Shown here one piece after another: positions 43,450 through 55,803 of a stretch of 64,000 bases of DNA. Source of the stretch: Microthyrium microscopicum (Eukaryota); the NCBI GenBank assembly GCA_010405405.1, contig MU004232.1, positions 639,481-703,480 of the forward strand, read 5' to 3'. Positions within the stretch are counted from its first letter, which is position 1; each line of letters starts with the position of its first letter. Under the pieces are notes generated by a model that was given only the letters and a program-made list of their open reading frames with translations, searched no databases and was not told the DNA's origin. The translations under genes and the position numbers were made by a program.

Positions 43450-43999
43450 GTTGAGATGTTTCGAGGTGCAGTAAAGCTGCAACAAAGCCCCTGAGAAGTG
43501 GAAGTTTGTCAATGTTTCAACACCAAATCCACTGAAATAGACAATCTCGCAAGAACAAAAACTTTTGCAGAGTCGAAAACGGCAATCAAGGGATGCAGAA
43601 AGTTGGGAAAGAGGAGTTGGAGCGAATCCGCAAAAGTGAAGTCAGCTTAACCATGGATTGTACCCGAGGTTCCGCCGAAAATTTCTCCGCAAATTGCCTA
43701 TCTCAACTGCCCGTTTAGGCAATCTGAGAGTGTCATGCATGGCAAACCCGCCGGATTTGGCCATGTCCGTCGGTATGCGCCCTATTGGTCAACTACACCC
43801 TATACATTTATTTAGTCACGCCATATAATCTGCAAGAGAGACGCGAAGCGTAAACGGAACATTAAATCATATCCTGTCCGATCCATCAAATCTATAGGGG
43901 CTGGGGGATAATACAAGCGCAAGCTTCGAGACAACGTAAAATCAACAGATAGACACATCCAAATTCAATTCGCGTTACATTGATACCTACCTAACGTCA

Positions 44000-45719
44000 C
44001 TACCGCTTCTCCCGATCCCAACTCTCATTGAACTTCGTATCGCCATACTCCTCAGCTTTGCTTGATGCAGCCGTCTTCTTAGGCACCGTCTCCTTCTTCT
44101 CCTTATCTTTCTTCTTCGTGTCCTTCTCCTTCTTGATTTGCGCCTCCGCCATCAACTGTTCAAACGCCATGAAATCACCTTCCTCGTCTGGATCTCTCGC
44201 AGCTTTGGCAAACATATCGCCAATGATCACGAGGCCTTGCGCGCGCTCCACCCGCTTCTCGAGCTTAACGGTCTTGTCGTTGAGGACGCGCTCACAGACT
44301 TCTCTCAGGATGCTTTGGATTTCAAACTTCGAGCCACGCCACGCGGCAGCCAAGATTTTGCCAGTGAGTCGTTTTTCGTATTCAGCCTTCTTCTCGTCTG
44401 TCCAGTCTTCGCCGCCCTTTTCTTCCATGCGTACCATCTCCTCCATAGTGACCTGCGCGTCTATCGCAGTCGAAATGGTAGTCCATGTTTCCTTGGCAAG
44501 GGTTCCCTTCTCCTTCATCCGGCTCCAGATACCACTAAGTCCAAAGAGCTTTTGACTTTTGAGGAAACTGGTACCTTTCATGACGTACGTCTGGCCCATG
44601 GCGTGCAAGATTTCGATACCAAAGGATTCCATCTTGAGATTTTCGATTTCAAGCTTGATTTGCTCCTTGAAGGCGTTTGTGACTTGAGGATCGCGGTCGG
44701 TTTCTGTCCAGACAGAGAGACGATCGACGAGTTTCTTGGAGAGGGTGGAGACTCGTTCTTCGCGCTGTTTTTTGCGCTCCATTTCGTAGGCATGGAGCTC
44801 TTCGCGCTGTTCTTTGGATAGTCCTTTTTTCTTTTGCTTTTCCCGGAGATTCTTCTCTTCTTCTGTCATTGCGGCTTCTTCCGCTGCAGTCAAGGGTTCG
44901 TTGCTGTGTTCAAGGGCGAGACGGCTTGGAACTCCACCAGGGCGCGGGGTGCTTGTACCAGAGGGCGTAGGTGACGTGCCTAGAGCAGGCGATTCAACAC
45001 CAGCGTGGAGGTTAGGTTCGGCGGGTCGGAGTGGAATATTGACATCGGCGGGCTTCTCGGTAGAAGCATCTGCGGCGGTAGGTTTGACATATGCTTTTGT
45101 AGATGGATCCGCTCCTGTTGCTGGATCTGCAGGCTTTTCGCCAGCTGGTACTTCGCCAGCATGGGCAGGATCTTGAGCTTCTGCTTCTTCAGCAGCAGCG
45201 GCGGCAGCGGCAGCTTCCTCTTCTTCGCGCATAGTGATGTCCATGGTCTTGGTCAGATCCTTCATGAGAGAAAGCTCTCCGATCCTATATATGTGTTAGC
45301 TGTAGTCTGGGACAGTATCAACAAGCCTACCAGTCCACAAAAGCATCGCCACCGAATATCATGGTAAAGAATTCAGACGGATCTTCGAAGCCTGAGCTTG
45401 GCATAGCCCTTTCTTTGCCATATTTGTCGTATTGGCTCCGAAGAGCTTTATCGCTCAATACTTGGTATGCCTCGCCAATCTAATCAAATAGCACCAGGTT
45501 AGCGCTACGTTCGCTGTTTCAAGAACCGGCCAAGGTCGAAAAATAATTATCAGAAGGCAAAGAACGTACGACTTGGAACTTCTCCCCAGCAGTCTCATCG
45601 TCCGGGTTTTTATCGGGATGTAGCTGTATAGCCTTCTTGCGATAGGCCTTTTTGATTTCCAGCTCGGTAGCAGTAGGGGTGACGCCCAAGGCGTCGTAGT
45701 ATTCCGTGTCGACAACCAT
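44000..45719 (-). CDS. DnaJ co-chaperone with DnaJ-X domain (Caj1/Djp1 family)
   Basis: [20 protein letters not shown]-domain, [12 protein letters not shown]naJ-X region; 3 exons. Confidence 0.92.
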
Positions 45720-46481
45720 GGCTGCTGTCGGAACGTAGCTTTGCAACAGGAAGTACTAAGAATGGGCCAGTTGAGGATGTTTGCGGAGCGTATCTGCGTA
45801 AGGTCGAGGTATGGAGGAACGGTGGTGGGGGTCGTAGGCGGCCGTGGCAGCGCCGCGGATTGAAGGATGGGCGGATATATAGGTGCTGTGTGTTGTTAGG
45901 AGTGTATGAGAGAAGATGGGAGGCTATGTAAGACCACAGCTGTCTCGTTCACTCGAGGTCAGAGACAGAGAAAAAGTGAAGCCTGATCTCAGTGCAGGCG
46001 CGGGCAGTCTAAAGTGTCGATGCGGCGGTTGCAGGAACGGCCAATTTAATGCCAAGAGCGGCTCGGGAAGACGTCACTTTGCTGAGCCACGTCTGCTTTC
46101 CGCCCTTAGCCACGATCAAAGACAAGTTGACTAGTATGAGGAGAGACGTGATAGAGATCTCGTGAATGTCTTTGACAGATCTCTTTGAAATGAAACAGCA
46201 TAATGAACAACAATAACAAATCAATTCGCAAAGTTTAGCCTAACCAAAAAGAAGCAAAAACGCTACAATCCCATCCCGCCAACGCCAACATTATCAATGG
46301 GTATCAAGCGCCCTCAAGAGTCTTCTAACAAGCACAACAACCCCAAAGACTCCTTTCTAGTCAACGTATGTCTCCCCGTGAACGACTTTCTCCTGTCAAC
46401 GACCCCTTCTACCTTCCCAAGGCTTCTCTGCCTCCCAAGCTTCCCAACACTTCCCTTCCTGTCAAGAAACCACCTAAGACC

Positions 46482-49400
46482 CTAACTACGATCATGGCTC
46501 CTCAACTTCCGCCCAGGTCTCACACTGCCCACGCCAACACTCGCACTGAGTTCCGGCACTTTGACATTTTCCCCCATCATATTCTCCCCTCCATGGCGGT
46601 CTAGTGTTCCTGTCACAGTGCTGCGTGCGCCGACTCGGCGCTTAACCGGGCCGTCACGCTCTGCTGCTGCGCGCGGTCTCTTAAGCGTTGGTAGAGCGGC
46701 GAGAACATCTTTTGTTGGTGATGGGATTGTTGGTAGTGTATTGAGTGTGTTGTTGACAGTGTTTGGATCCAATTCGCGTAGACCAGTCGACGTATTACTG
46801 CTGGTGTTTGACGAAGAGGTGGTTGGGCGCACAGGGGAGTTGGAAGATGCGGTGAAATCGATGTAGACGCGTGGTTTGGATGGTGATTTTGCTGGACTAC
46901 TATGTGGATGTGGGCCCGCAGATCTTAATCTCGCAAGGATGGTGTCGCGCGACGCGGTGCGTGGGAGGGAGGTTGGGTAGGCGTAATCTTTTGGTGTTGG
47001 TGAGGTTCCTGTTGGTACATACTCGTCTAGCTTTGCCCCTGTGATTTGGTCGCGTAGCTCAGTGAGTGGTTGGCGGAGTTCAGCGATTGGTATGAGAGAG
47101 TGAAGAGTTGCTTGGAGACCAGTTGTGGTTGAGGACATATCTGTGTCGAATGTGTTGGTGTGGTCGAGAGTGGTGGAGAGGGTGCTGAAGATGGAAGAGT
47201 ATGTTTCTTGTACAGTGGACGCGAGAGAGTTGAACGAGGCGAGGCGGGTGGCGTGGGCGGTGTTGTTTTGAGTTTGGATTTTGGAGACGATGGTGTCGAG
47301 GGTGGACATTTCTGTGTCGAGGTGCTCGACTTGCTCGGCGACGATGCGGGTTGTTTCGGAGTGGACTGATGATGTTACTTCGGTTAGAGCATCGGTGTGC
47401 TTGTTTGCGGCCTGCGAGATATTAGTATTGGCGAGGAGTGAGAAGTGAGTGGAACTTACAGCAAAGTCTCGTTGTATCTTGCTCTTCATGGTATCTCGAG
47501 ATTTGACCAGCTTACCGCTAAAGTCTCTGGATCTGGCTACCAAGAGCTCGCTATTCTTCTCGAAGGTCTCGCCAGCTTGTGCATGAGTTGCGCTGACCGA
47601 TCTAAATTGTTGTGGTAGACTTCCAATCTCAAGCATACGCAAGTCTTGCTGTTCGGTTGTAGCCTGAACCAACTGCTGGATCTTCGACATAAGCTCTGCA
47701 TTCTCTTTCTCTCGGATCTCCTTCTCCTTCTCCACCAAGCCCTCGAGGCTATCAACTGTTTGGGCCTGTTCTGTCGCAAGCTGAGAGTTCGCTACCGTCA
47801 TTTGACTTCGCAATTGGTCCAGCTCTTCCCGTTGCTCAACAATCTCTGTGCTCATCTCATCAAATGTACTCCGAAACTCTCGTCCCAAAGTAGCATACGA
47901 TGTATGTAAATCAGCATGAAACGCCTGAATTTCCTTCATAATTCCAGCAGAGATCCGTTGTGCTGCGACTCCAAGATCTTCCAGTCCAGCGCCAACTTTG
48001 GCCTTGACGTCCTCACGCAACGAGGCGACTTCGCCAAGAACTTCACTAAGCTCTGACTTTGCCTGCGCTGTTTGTTGTATAACGTCCTCACGAGCTTGTG
48101 TGAATGCTTCGCTGTTGTCTTTGAGAGTCTGTTGCGCGGCTGAAAGGTCGCGTACTTCAGTCTGTACAAATCCCAACATACGACTCGCAAGCTGATCAAC
48201 CAACATCGTCTGCTCAACCCGCAACTTCTCCAGCCGCTCATCCACCGCACTCGTCGTATAGCCAACTTGTTCCTGCGCCTCAACCCACCGGGAACGATGT
48301 ACACCGCTCAACTCAGACCGTCTTCGCACTTTCGCATGCAAACCCTCCACATCACCCGTCGCCTCATCAAGCGATGTGATTAACGAATTGGCGCGATCAG
48401 CCAACAACTGTTCACTTCTCGCATGCTGCGCCGCAACATACGCCTCCTCATCCAACGCCTTCTTCGTATGCCTCAACATCAAATCAGTACGCTCCAACAC
48501 ATCCTTCGTAGAATCAAGCTGTGCCTTTGTAGTCTCCGCATCCTTCTTGAGAAGCTGTGATGAAGCTGTGAGCGTGAAGAGCTCCTGGATCTTCCGCTCA
48601 AGCTTATACTCCATACTCTCAATCATCTCCTTCTGCTCCTTGATCATCGTCTTTTGCGCATCGGTTGATGCTGTCATTGCATCAAACGCATCTTGGGAGA
48701 TATAGTGCCCATTTTTGTGTCTTGTAGCCAAGAGCTCACTCTTCAATTTTTCAATTTCGAGTGTGAATTCTTTGAGTAGGGTCTTTTTGGGAATTATTTG
48801 ATTGATTTGCGGTTTATTTTTGATGTTCTTTGCGCGGAAGGCGTAGTCGAGTGTTGAGAGCGTTTCTTCAAGATTAGAGCGTGCGGGTGAGAGGGTGGCG
48901 ATGATGCATGTTTTTGTGCGACCACCGAGGGAGTCTTGGAGGAGACGGGTGAGTTTTGACTCGCGATAAGGAATATGTGAAGTTCGGTCGACGAGGCCGT
49001 TTATTACGCGCCCGAGTGCGACAAGGGATTTATTGATGAGACCAGCTTCCGTAGCACGCTTCTTTTCGGCGCCAGAATTCTTGATGTTTTCAGAGCCCGC
49101 GAGATCAACGAGATTCAATTTTCCTGTGGATACGTGCTCTTCGCCAGAATCGGTGGTATGTTTTGATTGTACGGAAATGGTGAAGATTGTGTGAGAGCGG
49201 GAAGAGAGATCGTTGCATTTTGTGGCTGCTACTTGGCGTTTATTGGAGCCTAGACGGAGGAGCTGGACACCTTTGCGGGCGTTGGTGATGTACGTTTCTT
49301 CCATGCCTTGGACGTAGGTTGTAGAGCCCTTTTTGTTGTCGCCGGAGACGATATTGAGCTTGATTGAGTCTTCAGTGGAGAGAAGATCGCGGAGCTCTTC

Positions 49401-50066
49401 GTTGTATAGCTCAATAAAGGAGATGCGGACTGTATTTTCGGGTGCGGTGCCAGATTTGGGAGAGTTTGGAAGAGCATCTAGGCGGGCAAAGAGTTCGTGA
49501 AGTACGCGAGGAACGATGCCGGCTGCTTCTGGCAAAGGGTCTTGATCGGTTATATCGCCGGACATTGTGTATGTCTTTCCGGTTCCAGTCTGGCCATAGG
49601 CAAATATTGTACAATTCAGGCCTCGAAGAACCTCGTCCAGCACTGGTGTAACAACTTCGTCAAAGACCATAACCTGATCTGCTGCCTGGCTGAAAACGCC
49701 ATCAAAGTGATATGTCTTATTGCTAAGAGCATTTGGGCCCATGGATATATCGACGCTCTGGCCTTTGACACCATTGGTAGAAACTACCACGCCAGAGTTT
49801 TCGCGGACTTCGCGATCATTTCTGCCTCGACATCGGACAAAAACGTTGATATTGGTTTCGCCTTCAGTGCTTTCTCCTTCATATTCGCGCTCCTTGCGCT
49901 TGGTACCAGCGGTAACTTGAGGAGATGATCTCGCCCGGCCAAATTCTGCGGGAGACTGGGATCGACCGGTGAGTGATGGGGTGACTGAGTTTGCTCGTAG
50001 GCCTGACATTGCGCGTCGTGGAGGTGGTGGAGGCATATTACGCACTCTAGACGGAGGACGCGACAT
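46482..50066 (-). CDS. bimC: Kinesin-5 (BimC/Eg5) mitotic motor
   Basis: Motor motifs FAYGQTGTGKT, SSRSH, LVDLAGSE and HIPYRESKLTRLLQDSLGG; coiled-coil stalk; BimC-box-like YVPTGTSP; probable 48-nt intron at 47412-47459. Confidence 0.96.
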   Translation of the reverse strand: MSRPPSRVRNMPPPPPRRAMSGLRANSVTPSLTGRSQSPAEFGRARSSPQVTAGTKRKEREYEGESTEGETNINVFVRCRGRNDREVRENSGVVVSTNGVKGQSVDISMGPNALSNKTYHFDGVFSQAADQVMVFDEVVTPVLDEVLRGLNCTIFAYGQTGTGKTYTMSGDITDQDPLPEAAGIVPRVLHELFARLDALPNSPKSGTAPENTVRISFIELYNEELRDLLSTEDSIKLNIVSGDNKKGSTTYVQGMEETYITNARKGVQLLRLGSNKRQVAATKCNDLSSRSHTIFTISVQSKHTTDSGEEHVSTGKLNLVDLAGSENIKNSGAEKKRATEAGLINKSLVALGRVINGLVDRTSHIPYRESKLTRLLQDSLGGRTKTCIIATLSPARSNLEETLSTLDYAFRAKNIKNKPQINQIIPKKTLLKEFTLEIEKLKSELLATRHKNGHYISQDAFDAMTASTDAQKTMIKEQKEMIESMEYKLERKIQELFTLTASSQLLKKDAETTKAQLDSTKDVLERTDLMLRHTKKALDEEAYVAAQHARSEQLLADRANSLITSLDEATGDVEGLHAKVRRRSELSGVHRSRWVEAQEQVGYTTSAVDERLEKLRVEQTMLVDQLASRMLGFVQTEVRDLSAAQQTLKDNSEAFTQAREDVIQQTAQAKSELSEVLGEVASLREDVKAKVGAGLEDLGVAAQRISAGIMKEIQAFHADLHTSYATLGREFRSTFDEMSTEIVEQREELDQLRSQMTVANSQLATEQAQTVDSLEGLVEKEKEIREKENAELMSKIQQLVQATTEQQDLRMLEIGSLPQQFRSVSATHAQAGETFEKNSELLVARSRDFSGKLVKSRDTMKSKIQRDFAVSSTHFSLLANTNISQAANKHTDALTEVTSSVHSETTRIVAEQVEHLDTEMSTLDTIVSKIQTQNNTAHATRLASFNSLASTVQETYSSIFSTLSTTLDHTNTFDTDMSSTTTGLQATLHSLIPIAELRQPLTELRDQITGAKLDEYVPTGTSPTPKDYAYPTSLPRTASRDTILARLRSAGPHPHSSPAKSPSKPRVYIDFTASSNSPVRPTTSSSNTSSNTSTGLRELDPNTVNNTLNTLPTIPSPTKDVLAALPTLKRPRAAAERDGPVKRRVGARSTVTGTLDRHGGENMMGENVKVPELSASVGVGSVRPGRKLRSHDRS

Positions 50067-51270
50067 GATGTGAGATATTTCCTGAGGATGGGGTTGAAAT
50101 ATCGGAGAAATCAGGGGTGGTGAAGAAACTGCCGGTTTTGAGCAGTGTTGATGATGTACAACATGTGGTGGAGGGGAGAAAAGGTAAACACAAGCAAAAA
50201 GGTAAACAAAGCACAGACCAATCGTTCCTGCTCTAGCAAACTCAACACCATAATCCTATCACCACTTTCATTTTATGATAGAAATTCTTCTAAAGCTCAT
50301 TGTCTTTCAGTGTCGCATCCGTATGTTGCATTTCAGGCATTATTCCAACTCCAATCTCCAGCGATTCGTCGGATACTGTATCAGACTCACGATCAGGGGT
50401 GAATTTCCCTCATGTAAAATCACATTTCCTGATGATATGTGATGAGACAACAAGAACATCGTATTCCCATTGCACTCGATGGCTACCATAACATGCGCTG
50501 GGCACCACCAAACTTGATAGGAGATTCGATGTTTTGTCATTTGGTCCTTTCAGAGCGTGTGCTTTGATTGATCTACACTGACCAAGTCCATGGGCTACTA
50601 CTGAGAAGTCGTCTCAGCAGTGATGCTTCCATGATTTGTACTACCATGAGGCCGAAGATTATCGGAGTGGTGATGATAAGTCTACTGGCTATTTTGGAGA
50701 TATAATTTCGCCCCGATGTTGTGTTCTCCATGCTAAAGATCTGGAACATCTCTCGAAAGCCACGAGGGCCACGAGAGCCAGGGACCAGGCCTGCAGCTCT
50801 GCTTCATTAGTGCCGATTGACATCCGCCTTGCACACCAACCTGGACCTGGTAACATCTGATCTCTCCTTAAATTCTGATCCACGACTGAAGCCAAATGTC
50901 CTTGGATCTTGTTCGGAATCTACTCCGTAACTTCATTCCAAGTCGAGGTTTACGTACATTTTAACCCCACATTTCGACCCCACACATGCAGCAAGGGTAA
51001 GCAACTCAACACCATCAGATCACAACTGTGGAGCAGAGCTCTAAGAAGACGGCACGGCACACGACTTGCTCTTCAAAGCTGCAGGTCGTCTGCATCACAC
51101 CATTATCCCCTCTCAAAAGGTCCATACCACTGCAACCAACCTCACGCGAGCACTTGAGTTTCTTCCGCTTCGCTTCTGCAATACGACTCTTTTAGGAGCA
51201 TGATAGTTCGCAAGATACTTCATTATACAGAGTACACGACAATAGAGATAGAGTAGATCCGTCATAGAAA

Positions 51271-52418
51271 ATGTCTTCCTCAAACGATCCAGCCGCTGGC
51301 TTCAACGAGCGCTTCTTTCGATACTTTCAACATGAGGTTACCGCCCTGCAGGAGCAAATGGATAGACTCGCCACCACGTCAATCGTGGGAGGCGAAAGAA
51401 ATGATGCGGTCGACCATTGTCTAGCCGGGATTGCAAGACTATCGCAAGAAGTAAAAGATGCGTCCAGCTACTTGCCCGCCTACGACCAGCGAACATACGG
51501 CGAAGTAAGATACCATTCCCCAAAGCCGCACCAATCCCCCATTTGGAACTTGAAGTCTGATATGTACAATAGGCCGTAAAAGCTCTTACCGAAAAATTGA
51601 ACACCGTCCGCAATTCCTTCGCCCCTAGGCCAAAGTTCACGTTTAAATCAGCACTCAAAACCCGAGCCCGTCCAACACCAGCTCCACCACCACCGCCTTC
51701 CGAATCACCCATTACCAACGGTACCAACGGTACCAGCACTATTACCAACTCCACCAACTCCAACTCTGAGGATGCCATCACCGCCCAAATCAACGACCTC
51801 CTCCGCCAAACAACAACGCCAACAATCCAGCGTCCCTCCTTCGACGCCTCCTCCTCCATCTCCATAACCAACCAAGCATCCATCTACGCCGCCATACAGG
51901 CCCCCTCGCGCGGACGACCAGGCGGTCGCGCCGCAAAAGTTACCGATAACTCTGAAAGTGTCATTGATTTACGGGAGATCGCACCATCGACAGATCCATT
52001 CGCTAGCGTAACCATCAAAGATGTGGAAAAGAGCGTTGTGTTATGTGGGAACGTATCCGGCCCAGTACACATCACAGGCGTGAAGAATTCAGTGCTCGTG
52101 ATGAACTGTCGCCAGTTCCGGATGCACGAGTGTACAGATGTGAAGGTGTACTTGTATGCTTCGAGCCGGCCAATCATTGAGGATTGTAAGGAGATTGGGT
52201 TTGCGCCGCTACCGCTGGCGACGGGAGGTGGAGAGGTGGAGAAGGAGAATATGTGGGATCAAGTAGATGATTTCAAGTGGCTGAAGGCGGAGCAGAGTCC
52301 GAACTGGAGGCTTATCAAAGAGGATGATAGATTTGGAAAGGAGATTTGGGAGACAATCAAGGGGGAGGAGAGCGTTGATGCATTGGGGACGGCGTTGAAA
52401 GCTTTTGGGTTGACATAG
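51271..52418 (+). CDS. Tubulin-specific chaperone C (TBCC)
   Basis: N-terminal helical domain (YLPAYDQRTY) and C-CAP/TBCC domain (CRQFRMHEC...SRPIIEDC...F.P...NMWDQVDDFKWL....SPNW); one intron. Confidence 0.92.
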
Positions 52419-53025
52419 AGCCATATATTGGCGCGTAGCCAGTGGTTTATATTCGAAGACAAGGCCTTACATGAAGTCTTATTGCATAATCACTTCGTTT
52501 ATCTCTTGGAATAATTACTAAGAGTCAGAAAGAAAAGTTGTCGTCTCCTTGACCTCAACCTTCAAAGCTCGACTTGAATATCGAAGTCTGACATAAAACC
52601 GTATTTTCAACGTGCATTTGTCTTTAACTCCAGCATTTCTATATTTTGAAAGGCGTTATGGGTCCCCACTATGATTTGAACTGTATCATAACAACCAACC
52701 GGTGTGACATAGCCTCCGGTTCGTTCATTTTCATCTGCACTTACACAGCCTCCCTCCTCCGCCTGATATAGATTGCTGTCCCGCAACACATTTTCAACAC
52801 GCCAGAGACGATTTTTCATCAATCCTACTCACATTCGCACAATACGATCAACTGCTCTGGACACCATCGACTCTGCTGGGAATTAGCGAGTGCGCTGGGA
52901 GCCATCAAGTACGCTACCCAAATCTTGCCAACTCATCACCTCCATCTCAAAGCCGACTCCGACTGCCATATCACCACTCACATCCCTCCCGATCCAGCTT
53001 CCAAGCCACATTCCAGAAGAAAACG

Positions 53026-53739
53026 ATGCCAAAGAACAACCTCATCCAACTCTCCGGCCCACCCGGTTCCGGAAAGTCAACAACAGCCCGTCTTCTCAGC
53101 GGCCCGCTCAACGCGACCATAATCGACAATGACCTGCTAAAGTCGTTCTTCCTTGAGAACTCCGTCACGTCTGGTGCTATAGATCCCTTTGACGAGGCGG
53201 CGAAGTTGGCGTATCGACTGCAGTGGGTTCTTGCTGAGGAATTTATGGCCCAGGGAAGCACATCTGCGTCTCAGGAAGGAAAGAGCCAGGGGAGGGAAGG
53301 AGCTACGAGGAGTATCATCATCGACTGTGTCGTCAACTACAACGAAGTACTGGAGACAGGACAAGCACTAGCGGACAAATATGGCTGGATATATCACTAC
53401 GTGGAAATTCGGGCGGATAGTTTGGATTTACTGGATTCGAGGATGAAGAGAAGGGTGCCGTTGAGGAGTCAGAGGACGGGTGTTCTTGGGCGGCCGAGGG
53501 ATATGCCGGCTAATGCTCAAATGATCGAATCTGAAGTTGGAATGGAGGATTCTGGGGCGAGAAAGAACGGTTCTGGTGAAGATATCGGCGTGGAAGTGGA
53601 GAAAATGAAGCAGAAATTGAAGGAAAAGTGGATGAATCCGAAGCGGCCGGCAGATGGAGGCATCGTGGTGAGTGCTACGGGCGATCTAGAGGAGCGGAAA
53701 GTGTATATCTTGGACAAGATATTGGGGACTGACAAATAA
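53026..53739 (+). CDS. P-loop nucleotide/sugar kinase-like protein (AAA_33-like), intronless
   Basis: N-terminal Walker A SGPPGSGKST, IIDND, SIIID, and an LDSRMKRR lid motif. Confidence 0.82.
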   Translation: MPKNNLIQLSGPPGSGKSTTARLLSGPLNATIIDNDLLKSFFLENSVTSGAIDPFDEAAKLAYRLQWVLAEEFMAQGSTSASQEGKSQGREGATRSIIIDCVVNYNEVLETGQALADKYGWIYHYVEIRADSLDLLDSRMKRRVPLRSQRTGVLGRPRDMPANAQMIESEVGMEDSGARKNGSGEDIGVEVEKMKQKLKEKWMNPKRPADGGIVVSATGDLEERKVYILDKILGTDK

Positions 53740-53747
53740 TGCGTTTT

Positions 53748-53800
53748 CCCATCACATTCAATGGGCGCTATCGAGTACGTTAAACGAAACGTTCAATGGG
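53748..53800. repeat. 19-bp palindromic unit array
   Basis: cccatcacattcaatgggc then gctatcgagtacgttaaac; closely matches 55804-55841. Confidence 0.75.
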
Positions 53801-54624
53801 AGAAATGGCTGATGGCGATGAGTGGTTTGGATCAGCAAATATCACAAAAGTTCTGACCAAAATCTTACGAGCATGATCAAGCTCTGTCCGAAGTGTCTGA
53901 GCTGTTCCATAAGCTCTATCTAGGCATTTCATTCCAAGAATTAAGGTCTTGTTGCCGACATCGGTAGCGGTTGATTTCTGCCCACATTCGTCGCTCATGT
54001 ACTTCACTGATTGCCAGTACCGTCAACGGGTATGAAACAAACAGATACAAGCACATGCCAGCTACAAGGAGCAACATGATATGACCAACTCGACCGCCAT
54101 TATCTTCAGCATCACAGTCGAAGTCCCAGTCTGCTGCCATGGTGCCAAAATCAAAATATGATTTGGATGCTTGATTGAGTTATGTCTTACTACGGTAGGG
54201 AACGCAGGAGGCGGAGAATGTAGCAGCGATGAACATGCTGGATCTGAGGACTCAACAACTCTTCATGACCAACACCTGAAGAGCTTCAGCGTGTTATAGT
54301 GTTTGTACCTCCTTATTGTTTGGAAGGTGCTGGAAAGATGTCTTTGGAGGTGATGTTCTTGAGATCCACCTCAAATACCTACACAACCTCAAATCCAAGG
54401 AATCACAGGTAAGAGCAGTGACCTAAGTAGTTCACTTATGAAGCAATGGCGCCTGGAAGGTTCGAGTTGAGTAGAACCTGCTTTTCTACACACAAGCTCA
54501 TGCGCCTTTCATAAATCCATCTTCCACTACTTCCTCCACAACACTACCGCTTTACAGTATCGCTTTTCTCCAACAAGCAACCTCGTACAAGTTTTTCGCA
54601 CAACCGCCTTATTGCACTATCAGC

Positions 54625-55752
54625 ATGACGCAACATCCTGAAGTCCCGCGCATATCTCTATTTGACTCAAGACGAAGCGAAAGCAAACGACAACGATTTC
54701 CTCCACCAAAGCGACCATTGCGTCCTAAAGCTCTGCCACCATTAAAAGTCCTGAATCCGAAGACGCAAAAATTCGGATGCTACATCTGCTATTGTTGGGG
54801 CGATGAGCTCCAACATGACGAGATTCGTTGCCCTCGCATCAAGTACGACAAAGTCAAGCTGTCCCAAGATTGCAAAGCATGCCTTGAGCTTCACAAGCTG
54901 GCTGTCCAAAAAGCAGCACAACAAGACTCGCTCGCAGTTCGACCAGAACTTTATGCCGAAGAGCACGCTCTGATTGACTGCCCAGGCCTCCGCACTGTCA
55001 AAGATGAGCTACTTTTCTTGAAAAGCGTTTACGACGATAACCAGAAGATTGCGAACGGAAGTCGATCCAGCAACTCCGAAATCAAGGCTCATCGGACAAG
55101 AGTGCTTAAAGATATCAATTCGGCACCAAATACTGTGGGTTCAACAGCAAATCAGCTAACTTCTCCACTTCGCAAAGATACGAATCATGCTAGGTGGGCT
55201 AATGCCTCCATTCGATTAGCCATGACCCGGGACTACAGCAATGTCGACAGCGCTGCCACAGACTGTAAAAGTTTCTTGCAAGCTCAATTCCGCATCATGC
55301 ACATCTTTGGGACCAACGCCCAAGATCTGAGCTTTGTCAAACCGTCAAACTGCCCACAGCTGCTCTGGGATTGGTTCAAGGACGAAACACCTGAGGATGC
55401 AGAAAAATGGGCTCCAGGATGGTACAATGAAGGACCACAACATTACTGGTTCAAACGATGGCAGAAGGGCGAGCTGACACGTCGGGAACTCTACGGAAAG
55501 ACTCGCGTCGGGTTTGATACCACTCCTCCCAAAGTAAAAGAGTTCTGGTGGGGAGATAAACCGAATGATATAAGTAACAAACAGGAACCTGAGAAGCCAA
55601 AGCCGAAGTCAGCACCCTCAGTCCAGCAGACAGTAACATTTGCGAACTTTGATCAAAAGCTCGATTTTCTCACGCCTTACCTGGGGATGTGCTCGCCGCT
55701 GAAGTTTGGAAGCATGGACATGGACAAGATGGACATTGACGACGCTATATGA
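54625..55752 (+). CDS. Hypothetical intronless protein (375 aa), no recognised domain
   Basis: Long ORF with a C/A-rich leader; scattered Cys/His (CYICYC..H...C, C..C..H) and a Trp-rich C-terminal segment. Confidence 0.65.
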   Translation: MTQHPEVPRISLFDSRRSESKRQRFPPPKRPLRPKALPPLKVLNPKTQKFGCYICYCWGDELQHDEIRCPRIKYDKVKLSQDCKACLELHKLAVQKAAQQDSLAVRPELYAEEHALIDCPGLRTVKDELLFLKSVYDDNQKIANGSRSSNSEIKAHRTRVLKDINSAPNTVGSTANQLTSPLRKDTNHARWANASIRLAMTRDYSNVDSAATDCKSFLQAQFRIMHIFGTNAQDLSFVKPSNCPQLLWDWFKDETPEDAEKWAPGWYNEGPQHYWFKRWQKGELTRRELYGKTRVGFDTTPPKVKEFWWGDKPNDISNKQEPEKPKPKSAPSVQQTVTFANFDQKLDFLTPYLGMCSPLKFGSMDMDKMDIDDAI

Positions 55753-55803
55753 GCTGTCAGTTCTAGTTCTAGAAAGGCGACTTTCGACTGAATGATGTGA
55801 GCT

